Shown here one piece after another: positions 1-8,068 of a stretch of 64,000 nt of DNA (the stretch's first letter is position 1; every line of letters begins with the position of its first letter). The notes below the pieces were generated by a model that saw nothing but the letters and a program-made list of their open reading frames with translations, did not search any database and was not told where the DNA came from. The stretch is taken from assembly GCA_947175535.1 (NCBI GenBank), contig CAMWNF010000001.1, positions 870 through 64,869 on the forward strand, given 5' to 3'. Made by a program: the position numbers and the translations under genes. Source of the DNA: an uncultured Bacteroidales bacterium. GTDB taxonomy: Bacteria; Bacteroidota; Bacteroidia; Bacteroidales; Muribaculaceae.

Positions 1-1
1 G

Positions 2-1564
2 ACGTATCTCGGAACATCGGGGGGGCAGAATATCGTGCAACCAGCCATTTCGAATATCGAGGAATTCGGAACTCCGGATGATGAACTGGCGCATAAGCAA
101 GCTTATATCTTATGCTCAGGAGAAGGCGGGAAGTACGACGTATTCTCTTGCTATAAAGGTGCGCCTCAGAGTTCGGCATGCGAAAAGATGCAGGCTGCAT
201 GGCGCGCGATGGAATTTCACTCAAAAAACAACGGTTTCGATACATTCGTAGCTGACGGACACCGATACTTCCTCCATAGCTTTGTAAGCTCCGAGGCAGA
301 ACAGAGCAATAACAACCGTCCGATGAGTGTAGGCGTATTCAATGAATTAGGCGAAATGGTCGCATCATGGGTAAACCAAGATTACCTTTCAAGCAACAAC
401 GGTTACAACTCAATCGTAGCCCAGCCTCAGGCAGATGGTTCGGTCCTTATCCACACCTATTCATCGTGCACAGCTTACGGAGCTGCGGCAGTGCTCAAAT
501 TCACTCCTGAATCTTCTGACGAAATGTTAGGTTCGGAAAATAATCCTATCCATGTATCGACAGCCGATGATCTCATGACCCTCGCAACGAAATGTCTCGA
601 CGGCACAAGCTATGTGGTCCTTGACAACGATATCGACCTCAGCGGTATACAATATAAAGTGCCGTTCACAGAAGCAGCTGCCAAAGCCAAAACCATCCAC
701 TTCAACGGTAACAACCACGTAATCAAAAACCTGAAAGGTGCAGTGAACGTGACCGGAGAGGGTGAAGAACAGGTTACAATCGGCGTTGAACAGAACGCTT
801 CGGTGTTCGGTTCCATCAAAGGTACTATCAGAAATCTCGGAGTCGAAAATATCGATGTTAACGTCAATTGGTTCTGCACCGGCGGTATCGTAGGAGCAAG
901 TGTCGGAGACCTCACAATCGACAACTGCTATGCAACCGGTTCTGTTCAAGGCGCGGCTTCCGGCGGTCTTGTAGGTTCTTGCAACGCCGGCACACTGACC
1001 ATCACCAACAGCTACTCGCAGGTTAACACAGCTGACAACGCAGGCGGCCATTCAGCAGGTCTTGTCGGTCGTGCGAACGCTGGCCTCTCTATCAGCTATG
1101 CATATGCAAGCGGTTCTGTCACCTCTAAAAATAATGCAGCTGGTCTTGTAAACATCAATACAGCCACTAACGTCACACTCAATAACGTTGTCGCATGGAA
1201 CTCGTCAGTGAGCAGTGATGGCGGGGTTGCCGGACCGACAGTCAACGGCGATGGCGGCATACTCAACAATGTTGAGTTCTACAAAGAAATGCTTATCAAC
1301 GGAGTGCCCATCTACTCAGGTGCTGATGCAGAAACTCTTCAGAACACAGTGACTGCGTGGGAGGCTTACAACACGAAGCTCGTCGACGGTTATCCCGTGC
1401 TTGCATGGCAGAGCGCGACAAGCGGTGTAAGCGCAATCGAAGCTGATGAAACCGACGCACCCGCTGTTTACTACAACCTTCAGGGCATTCAGGTCGCTAA
1501 TCCCGAAAACGGCATCTACATCGTGCGCCGCGGCAACAAAGTCTCTAAAGAATACATACGCTAA
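2..1564 (+). CDS. GLUG-motif cell-surface protein with T9SS C-terminal sorting domain; 5' end cut by window edge
   Basis: The frame is open from nt 2, so the listed M at 35 is internal. NIVQPAISNIEEFG and NGFDTFVADGHRYF align with the middle of the paralog at 39349..41565. Repeated GG[IL]VG / NxYxxGxV units (GGIVGAS, GGLVGSC, AGLVGRAN, AGLVNIN) match the GLUG motif. The tail YYNLQGIQVANPENGIYIVRRGNKVSKEYIR resembles a type A T9SS CTD. Confidence 0.75.
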   Translation, partial: TYLGTSGGQNIVQPAISNIEEFGTPDDELAHKQAYILCSGEGGKYDVFSCYKGAPQSSACEKMQAAWRAMEFHSKNNGFDTFVADGHRYFLHSFVSSEAEQSNNNRPMSVGVFNELGEMVASWVNQDYLSSNNGYNSIVAQPQADGSVLIHTYSSCTAYGAAAVLKFTPESSDEMLGSENNPIHVSTADDLMTLATKCLDGTSYVVLDNDIDLSGIQYKVPFTEAAAKAKTIHFNGNNHVIKNLKGAVNVTGEGEEQVTIGVEQNASVFGSIKGTIRNLGVENIDVNVNWFCTGGIVGASVGDLTIDNCYATGSVQGAASGGLVGSCNAGTLTITNSYSQVNTADNAGGHSAGLVGRANAGLSISYAYASGSVTSKNNAAGLVNINTATNVTLNNVVAWNSSVSSDGGVAGPTVNGDGGILNNVEFYKEMLINGVPIYSGADAETLQNTVTAWEAYNTKLVDGYPVLAWQSATSGVSAIEADETDAPAVYYNLQGIQVANPENGIYIVRRGNKVSKEYIR

Positions 1565-1596
1565 AAGCGTCGTATCATAACAGACAATCAGATAAA

Positions 1597-1638
1597 AACC
1601 ACCGCTCGGACTTCTCGGTCCAAGCGGTGGTTGCTTTT
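1597..1638 (+). terminator. rho-independent terminator after the GLUG gene
   Basis: 10-bp stem AACCACCGCT/AGCGGTGGTT with a 16-nt loop, followed by GCTTTTAT, about 30 nt after the stop codon. Confidence 0.7.
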
Positions 1639-1740
1639 ATACAAAAATATTACCCATATAAGGATGTGAATTCGTAAATTGAAATATGCTATAGACGTTT
1701 TTATGCTGAATAACATATTGTAAGTTCAAAATATCTTTCT

Positions 1741-1748
1741 TAATTTTG
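1741..1748 (+). promoter_or_regulatory. candidate Bacteroidetes -7 promoter box
   Basis: TAATTTTG matches the TAnnTTTG consensus and lies in an AT-rich non-coding gap. Only 6 bases are fixed, so chance matches are expected. Confidence 0.35.
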
Positions 1749-1865
1749 CGGTTGAATTGGGATTATCCAGTTCATGACATTGTTAACAAGAGGCGTTATG
1801 CCCATCATCTTGTAGAAGAGAAGCGTCGGAAACTTACTCAAGAAAGCAAGAGTTGGCTTAACTGT

Positions 1866-1896
1866 CTCCACGTCATATGGCGTGGAGCTGTTTTTT
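1866..1896 (+). terminator. intrinsic terminator-like hairpin 1 in the non-coding gap
   Basis: Stem CTCCACG/CGTGGAG with an 8-nt loop, then CTG and TTTTTT. Confidence 0.6.
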
Positions 1897-1937
1897 CCAC
1901 ATCTGCTTTCAAAGGTAATCCGACCACCTTCTTCTTA

Positions 1938-1969
1938 AGGCGTGGCATAGCAGCTCACGCCTCTTTTTT
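1938..1969 (+). terminator. intrinsic terminator-like hairpin 2 in the non-coding gap
   Basis: Stem AGGCGTG/CACGCCT with an 11-nt loop, then C and TTTTTT. Confidence 0.6.
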
Positions 1970-2016
1970 ATTTTATAGGTCGATGGGGCTGTAAGACCAA
2001 CTAAAACATATCAATT

Positions 2017-2337
2017 ATGAAAAAATTTTTGGTGTTACTAAGTGTCCTAACCTCTTTCTGTGTAGCAACCGCAGTTCCTTCCGGCAAATATTATGATGAC
2101 AGGGGTATATTGCATGCCTTAGTTAGTGATGATGGAAAAACCATCTACATTTTTGACAAAGAAGGATATGTCAAGCATGAACTTGAAGTCACAGAAGAGT
2201 ATTCTGATGGTTCATTTTCTACATCAGACCAGAAAACCGGAATCTCACACCCTGCATCTGCAAACGCGTGGTTCCATCACAATGGTAAGGTATGTTTAAA
2301 TGTTAGATGGCTCCGGTATACCGTTACCAAAGAATAA
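2017..2337 (+). CDS. small secreted hypothetical protein (106 aa)
   Basis: ATG start and an N-terminal signal peptide (MKKFLVLLSVLTSFCVATA). Lies in an AT-rich region. No recognisable family. Confidence 0.6.
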   Translation: MKKFLVLLSVLTSFCVATAVPSGKYYDDRGILHALVSDDGKTIYIFDKEGYVKHELEVTEEYSDGSFSTSDQKTGISHPASANAWFHHNGKVCLNVRWLRYTVTKE

Positions 2338-2407
2338 AAGGAATAGAAATTTCCCAATTGAGTTTCATAGTACCAATGTGGTATAAAACAAAGCGATTTA
2401 ATTCCTT

Positions 2408-2764
2408 ATGAACAAACTAATTTTAGTTATAATCATCCTGCTATCATCGGCATTTACTATTTCTGCTTCAGATTCGGTAATGGAATCTCCAACTTGCGAT
2501 AACAACTCACCGCAAGTTTGCCAATTTTCTCTATCAAGTTATGCAGGTACCGTCGATAATAATGGTAATACAAGTTATTTTACGGTAGGTCTTAGTTGTC
2601 CTCAAAAGGAAGATACTTACGCCACGGTTGTTGTCTTTGTCAATGGCGAACATGCAGCCAGCACAGTCGTCAAGGTTCCAGCTGAAAAAACCAGTTCACA
2701 AAGTGTTAATATTAAAGTTGGACAAGATTACAAAGGCAAAGCATACAAACTTGTGGTGCAATAA
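2408..2764 (+). CDS. small secreted hypothetical protein (118 aa)
   Basis: ATG start and a signal peptide (MNKLILVIIILLSSAFTISAS). The mature part is beta-rich with 3 Cys. No recognisable family. Confidence 0.6.
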   Translation: MNKLILVIIILLSSAFTISASDSVMESPTCDNNSPQVCQFSLSSYAGTVDNNGNTSYFTVGLSCPQKEDTYATVVVFVNGEHAASTVVKVPAEKTSSQSVNIKVGQDYKGKAYKLVVQ

Positions 2765-2799
2765 TGTATCACTATAGTTTCTACTTATGTAGAAAGTAA

Positions 2800-3168
2800 A
2801 TGAAAAGACACTTAATCATAAGACTGGTTGCAACCAGTCTTATGATTATTCTCGGGGCAATTATCTATATAGTCTCACGCCGAAACATAATTTTTTTCGA
2901 TTGGCTTCCAACTTCAATTATTGAAGCTGTTAGAGATGTAGGTATCTACCCCTATGGTATGGATTACTTTGTAGTCTTTTGTCTGCCTGATGGTTTATGG
3001 TATGGAGCGTTATTATTGTTTCAACATACCTTTCTTGCAAAATCCGCTATAAGCAAATTCTTATATTGGATATCAATTATCCTCCCTTTTGTATGGGAAA
3101 TTCTACAAATCCATAAATATGTTCCAGGTACATTTGATTTTATGGATTTATTAACTTATTTACCTTGA
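2800..3168 (+). CDS. small integral membrane protein (122 aa), possibly VanZ/DUF2809-like
   Basis: About four hydrophobic segments. The motifs LPDGLWYGALLLF, VWEILQI and GTFDFMDLLTYL resemble the VanZ/DUF2809 pattern as I remember it; this is unverified. Confidence 0.55.
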   Translation: MKRHLIIRLVATSLMIILGAIIYIVSRRNIIFFDWLPTSIIEAVRDVGIYPYGMDYFVVFCLPDGLWYGALLLFQHTFLAKSAISKFLYWISIILPFVWEILQIHKYVPGTFDFMDLLTYLP

Positions 3169-3198
3169 TAATTTTTATAATATTTTCATTCTATTGTC

Positions 3199-3468
3199 AT
3201 GAACAAGAATAAACAAAAGATTTTTATCCAAGTTATGGCTCTCGTAGTTTTCTGCGTTATGGCTTTAGCAAGTGCCTCGTCAAAGCAAGCCTCATCTGAT
3301 AGTAATATTGATTGGCGTGGAGCTGCAGTAGGTGGGGTCGCCGGATATAACGGTTATATAAGAATAGGCACTGCGTCCTCTGAATCTGAAGCACGTCAAA
3401 TTGCTGGTTCGAAAGGATATAGCGAGTATTTATGGGATTCTGTAAATGGAGCAGTGTACGCAAAATAG
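3199..3468 (+). CDS. small secreted or membrane-anchored hypothetical protein (89 aa)
   Basis: ATG start and a hydrophobic N-terminus (IFIQVMALVVFCVMALASA). Contains a Gly-rich stretch, WRGAAVGGVAGYNGY. No recognisable family. Confidence 0.55.
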   Translation: MNKNKQKIFIQVMALVVFCVMALASASSKQASSDSNIDWRGAAVGGVAGYNGYIRIGTASSESEARQIAGSKGYSEYLWDSVNGAVYAK

Positions 3469-3494
3469 TCAATAATAAAGAATATGTCCATTAT

Positions 3495-3521
3495 AAAGCC
3501 GGACACGATGTGTCCGGCTTT
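3495..3521. terminator. bidirectional terminator hairpin between convergent genes
   Basis: Perfect 11-bp stem AAAGCCGGACA/TGTCCGGCTTT with a 5-nt loop and A/T-rich flanks. Confidence 0.7.
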
Positions 3522-3539
3522 ATAGTACCTAATAGAATC

Positions 3540-4793
3540 TTACAATGTGACGGTGGAGCCGGAGCGGCGGCTGCGCTCTGCTTCGAAACAGAGACGATGG
3601 CTGCGGAGGGCGTCGGTGATTGTGGTCAGAGGTATGTCGGGCTCTTCGTCGCGGACAGTCTTGAGGAAGCTGTCGACAATCCTGAGGTCAGCTCCCGCAT
3701 GGTAGGGCTGCTTGCAGACTTCGGTGTAGTCATAGACTTCGCGTTTGCCGTTACGGAAGTCGGTCACGACTATTTTGATGCCGTTGCTGACGATTTCGCC
3801 ATGGGTCATCTTTATGTCGGTGCTTCTGCCGTCGCGTAGGGTGAAGATATCCATCATCAGGGTGATGATAGAACCGTCGTCCATGTGCATTGTAAGCACC
3901 TGATTGTCGACAAGGTCGTTGTCGCAATGGAAAACACATCTGCCGTAAGGACCTTCTTCAAGCTCGCGCTGAATGACGGCGTCGATTGTATCGCCCGCGG
4001 GGACATCGAAATTGGCAATCCACTGATGACGACGCTGGTATAAATCGACCGCCGAGTAAGGACAGTCTTTTTCAACCGAGCAACTGACACAGCGTGTTGC
4101 CGAGCCGGCCGGAGCGTTGTCGCGTCGGAACCATATTCGGTTGCCGAATGATGACAGTCGGCTGCACGAAGCGTCAGTCAGCCAGGAAAGGAAATCAATG
4201 TCGTGACAGCATTTTGCCATCAGCAAGGGATTATTACCCTCCTCGGTGTTCATGGTGCCGCGCACATAGCTGTGGGTCGTGCGGTCAATACCGATATCCT
4301 CGACATGGCTTATCGTCATAATGCGGCCGAAACGTCCGGAGGAAACAAGCTCCTTGACCTTGCGGAAAGCAGGGTGGTAACGCAGGACATGGCACACTCC
4401 GACAACGCGCTTCGCCTGACGCGCCGCCTTATCGATTAGACGGCACTGCTCATAGGTCTGCGCAACGGGCTTCTCGAGGAGAACGTGCATGCCGCACCGT
4501 ATGGCTTCCATGCACGGTTCGAAATGGTAACGCTCGGGAGTGCATATTATAGCTGCATCAGCCTTTACGGGATTTTTGAAAAATTCATGATAGTCGTTGA
4601 AACGACGTTCGGAGGGAATATTGAACCTGTCCGCCATAGCATTGCGGCGTATGGGGTCCGGTTCGACTACAGCTACGAGGCGCGCTTCGTCGGGATGCGC
4701 GGCGACGTATTGCATATAGGTGCGCATACGATTGCCGACTCCGATAGCAACTATCGAAGTCGGCTTTCGTGAACTGTCTGAAATTTCAGTCAT
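3540..4793 (-). CDS. Gfo/Idh/MocA-family NAD(P)-dependent oxidoreductase (cytoplasmic, 417 aa)
   Basis: N-terminal Rossmann segment IVAIGVGNRMRTYMQYV ... AAIICTPERYHFEPCMEAIRCGMHVLLEKP, which includes the EKP motif. No signal peptide. Cys-rich C-terminal part (CVSCSVEKDC, CVFHC). Confidence 0.8.
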   Translation of the reverse strand: MTEISDSSRKPTSIVAIGVGNRMRTYMQYVAAHPDEARLVAVVEPDPIRRNAMADRFNIPSERRFNDYHEFFKNPVKADAAIICTPERYHFEPCMEAIRCGMHVLLEKPVAQTYEQCRLIDKAARQAKRVVGVCHVLRYHPAFRKVKELVSSGRFGRIMTISHVEDIGIDRTTHSYVRGTMNTEEGNNPLLMAKCCHDIDFLSWLTDASCSRLSSFGNRIWFRRDNAPAGSATRCVSCSVEKDCPYSAVDLYQRRHQWIANFDVPAGDTIDAVIQRELEEGPYGRCVFHCDNDLVDNQVLTMHMDDGSIITLMMDIFTLRDGRSTDIKMTHGEIVSNGIKIVVTDFRNGKREVYDYTEVCKQPYHAGADLRIVDSFLKTVRDEEPDIPLTTITDALRSHRLCFEAERSRRSGSTVTL

Positions 4794-4805
4794 TTAGATT
4801 ATGGC

Positions 4806-7800
4806 TTATTTTTTCTTTGCCTTCTTGTTTTTTGTTTTGTTCTTATCGCTGAGGTCGAGGATGCGGATGTTGCGGAACTTCACGCCTTGACCGTGACCGC
4901 AGAAGCTGATGTAACCTTCTTTGTTGAATAGACCGGGATGGTTACGGTGGTCAATCATGTAGGGATTGCCTTCGGTGCCTTCGGGACCGACAGCATGACC
5001 CTGACATGCCTCGCGGATGTCGGCATCGACTATGACTTCACCGTCGACAGTGACTGTGATATGGTCGCCGACAGCCTTGATTTCCTCGGTGTGCCACTGC
5101 TTGATGGGACCGAAGTCAACATGTTTTGCACCGACTACGCCGTAAATCGAACCGTGGATTTGATAAGGCTGAATACCGGTCCAACCGTAGTTATAACCGC
5201 CGTACATCGGGTCGTCGTGGTCGAGCACCTGGATTTCCATACCGTGGAAAGCTGCGTCGACGCCAGTGACGTCCTTGCCTGTACGGATGCCGATACCGTT
5301 GTTCACACCCGGAACGTCAAAGCAGAATTCGAAGCGGTAGATGAAGTCACTATAGTTCTTCTTGGTGTAGAGGTTACCGGAACCGCCGTACTGAGCAGTG
5401 ACGTAGATAGCACCGTCGACAGGCACATAAGCGGCAGTGTTGCCATGCCATTTGTCGAGCGAACGACCATCGAAAAGGACTTCAAACCCTTCTGCCTCTT
5501 CTTCGGGAGAAAGGGTGAAAATCGGTGTATCGGGAAGACTGTTGAAATAGAAGTTGCGCACAGCCTCGGGATTGCTGACTGAAACAGTTCCTTTTTCGGG
5601 TGCTTTCTTGCCGTTGGGGTTGACCACAACTTCGTTAGTTGCAAAGGGAACTGAACCGACTTCAACGAAAATGCGGTCGTTGACCATGCGCACATGAACG
5701 GGTTGGTTGCCGGCGGGGAGTGCCTGAAGAATACCGTTTCCGACAGTAAGCCCGGCAGCCGGATCAATGGTTACAAGGGGCATCGAACGAAGAGTGAGTG
5801 TGAGGGGCTCAACACCGTTCCAATCGAAATAAAGGTCGAAGTTCTCAAATTCTCCTACGGGACCTGCCTCGGGAACAACAGCGTAGCCGCCTTCAGCATC
5901 GAAACCATTGAGCATACCTGCGACTTCGTCAGCCGCATATCCTGCGTCGGCATGGTTGACACCGAATTTCACGAATGTCTTGTGAGCTTTATCGAGGATA
6001 TTCTGAACTGTCAGACCTTTACGAAGAGCGTCTTCCTTAGCGAAAATATATTTTACTGTGGTAGCGGCTGCGAGAGCGGTAGCATCGTTGTCGAGATATT
6101 TTGCAGAAAGCATTGCGGCAGGAAGGGTGCGTCCGTCGGCAAGCGCGGCAAGGAGTTCGTTCTGAACATCTACAGAAGGTTCAAGAGCGAGAGCATTTGA
6201 GTAAAGACGATACTGATCAATCGCGGGGAGACCGTAGTTGCGCACGAGCTGAATATATCGGCGAAGCGATGCGTCTTTCTGAGCAGGATTGTTTGCTGCA
6301 ATTTCGAAAAGCACGGGTATCATCGCAGCATCGTTTGTCTGCATAAGAGCATTGTAGGCTTCAGGACTTTTTGTCTCGTTATAGGCCTTGAGAAGAGTTT
6401 CGATAGCCTGCGGAGTAGCTGCCTGAGCGAGAAGCGGATAGTAACGAGATACGACCTGAGGTGCCTTCTGCTTGCTCATCATGGCAATAATCTTGTTATA
6501 CTGCTCGTCGGGAGAAAGGCTCACGATAGAGTTCTTGGCTGCGGCTTGGAGTTCACCGACATTTTCCGGAGATGCAGCTTCTACCAATTTGCATACAACT
6601 TCGAAGTTTTCAGGACGGACAACACCTTTAAGACTTTTGAGAGCGACAGCGCCGACATTCGGCTCGCCTTTCAAAATCAAATCTGCTGTTTTGGGATAAG
6701 CTGCATAAATATGACGTGCGGAAGCAAGCTGAAGAGCCTGTGCCACTACATTGGAGTCGTTTGAGTCAAGAGCGGCGAGTATGCCGTTGGCGATGTCACC
6801 GTTGAATGAGAGAAGTGCGCTCTTTGCAGCAGCTGCAAGTTCATTGTCTTGAGAAAGCATTGCTGTGATAGCTTCGAGGGCTTTATCACCGCCAATCTTC
6901 GAAGCTGCTTTAATCGATGCGGTTGCGAGAGGCATATCGGCAGATTTGATGTTAGCTGCAACTAAATCAATCTGTGATGCAACGTGATTGTTGCCAAGCC
7001 AGTTGATAACATCAATCTTAGCGGCGGGAGAAAGCGATTTGAAATTTGAAGCCACGACATCGAAAATTCCGTCGCCGGCAGCATTTTGAGCCGCGAGGAG
7101 GGCAGTGTTGCGGTATTTGATATCTTTGTCTTTAAGAGCGGCAAGGATGTTTTTTGTAGCGTTTGCCTTGTCAGCATCCAAAATAATACCGAGAGCTGCA
7201 CAACGGACATAGTCATTGTCGACTTTAGTAAGCTCTTTAGCTGCCTTGACTGCGTTTGCGTCGCCGAGATTTGCAAGCAGACGGAGATAAGCATCAACCG
7301 CACCTGTCGGGTCATTGGCGAACTTGACTGCCTTAGCGGCTTTCTGGAGAGGCTTGATGGCTGCATCAGAGCCACATGCTGCCAGAGCATTGTAAACAGC
7401 AGCAAGCACTGCATCATCGTTACTTTCCATCCATTTAAGAAGTGCCGGTTCAACGCCTGTGAGTTTCTTGAAATAAGCCACATAGGCGAGGTCGGCATCG
7501 GGAGCGGAATTATTGATGATTTCGACGAGCATATCTTCGTCGTCAGGCACGAGGGCAAGACCGCTGATGGCGTAATGACGGAGATAGGGGTCGGACAGAT
7601 ATGAAGCATATAGCTGAGCGTCACCCTTGCTCGCGAGTTTGTTGAGCTGAGTCATGAGGAACGCGCGGTTTGCGTCGTCGGTGCATTTCTTCAGACCTTC
7701 AACCAGGCCATCGTGGATGCCCTGACGGACAGATGCGTTGTCGGCATGCGTAGCATAGCTGACGATTGCGTCGATAGCGTATTCAAATACGGCATTCTGA

Positions 7801-8036
7801 TTTTTATCGGCGGGTTTGAGCATGCCGGCAAGCATCTCGATGCCTTTCTGACCGGTTGCTGCCATCTCACCGATGACTTCGTTATAAGTTGCTTGATTTT
7901 TAGCCGGGAGCTGCGCGAGACCGTCGGAAATTATAGTCTCGGCAGTGCGGTTACGGCTGTCAAGCTGAGCGAAGGATGAAAATCCAACGCTCAGAAACAA
8001 TGACAACAGTATGATAGATAAAGAACGTCTGTTCAT
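4806..8036 (-). CDS. secreted 1076-aa protein: long helical (HEAT-like) repeat region fused to a C-terminal DUF1080 / 3-keto-disaccharide-hydrolase-type domain
   Basis: Signal peptide MNRRSLSIILLSLFLSVGFSSFA. About 780 aa of Ala/Leu-rich periodic helical sequence. The C-terminus (FEVLFDGRSLDKWHG, NNGIGIR, GMEIQVLD, GSIYG, YISFCGHGQGVKFRNIRI) fits the DUF1080 pattern. Confidence 0.7.
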   Translation of the reverse strand: MNRRSLSIILLSLFLSVGFSSFAQLDSRNRTAETIISDGLAQLPAKNQATYNEVIGEMAATGQKGIEMLAGMLKPADKNQNAVFEYAIDAIVSYATHADNASVRQGIHDGLVEGLKKCTDDANRAFLMTQLNKLASKGDAQLYASYLSDPYLRHYAISGLALVPDDEDMLVEIINNSAPDADLAYVAYFKKLTGVEPALLKWMESNDDAVLAAVYNALAACGSDAAIKPLQKAAKAVKFANDPTGAVDAYLRLLANLGDANAVKAAKELTKVDNDYVRCAALGIILDADKANATKNILAALKDKDIKYRNTALLAAQNAAGDGIFDVVASNFKSLSPAAKIDVINWLGNNHVASQIDLVAANIKSADMPLATASIKAASKIGGDKALEAITAMLSQDNELAAAAKSALLSFNGDIANGILAALDSNDSNVVAQALQLASARHIYAAYPKTADLILKGEPNVGAVALKSLKGVVRPENFEVVCKLVEAASPENVGELQAAAKNSIVSLSPDEQYNKIIAMMSKQKAPQVVSRYYPLLAQAATPQAIETLLKAYNETKSPEAYNALMQTNDAAMIPVLFEIAANNPAQKDASLRRYIQLVRNYGLPAIDQYRLYSNALALEPSVDVQNELLAALADGRTLPAAMLSAKYLDNDATALAAATTVKYIFAKEDALRKGLTVQNILDKAHKTFVKFGVNHADAGYAADEVAGMLNGFDAEGGYAVVPEAGPVGEFENFDLYFDWNGVEPLTLTLRSMPLVTIDPAAGLTVGNGILQALPAGNQPVHVRMVNDRIFVEVGSVPFATNEVVVNPNGKKAPEKGTVSVSNPEAVRNFYFNSLPDTPIFTLSPEEEAEGFEVLFDGRSLDKWHGNTAAYVPVDGAIYVTAQYGGSGNLYTKKNYSDFIYRFEFCFDVPGVNNGIGIRTGKDVTGVDAAFHGMEIQVLDHDDPMYGGYNYGWTGIQPYQIHGSIYGVVGAKHVDFGPIKQWHTEEIKAVGDHITVTVDGEVIVDADIREACQGHAVGPEGTEGNPYMIDHRNHPGLFNKEGYISFCGHGQGVKFRNIRILDLSDKNKTKNKKAKKK

Positions 8037-8068
8037 TTTTGTGCTATGTTAGTGTGATTGATGAATGG

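Noticed and set aside
1746-1994. 82-aa ORF in the gap before the small-gene islet.
   Set aside because: It has a TTG start and runs straight through two terminator hairpins. Its composition looks like translated non-coding DNA. I treat the region as a candidate RNA or leader instead.
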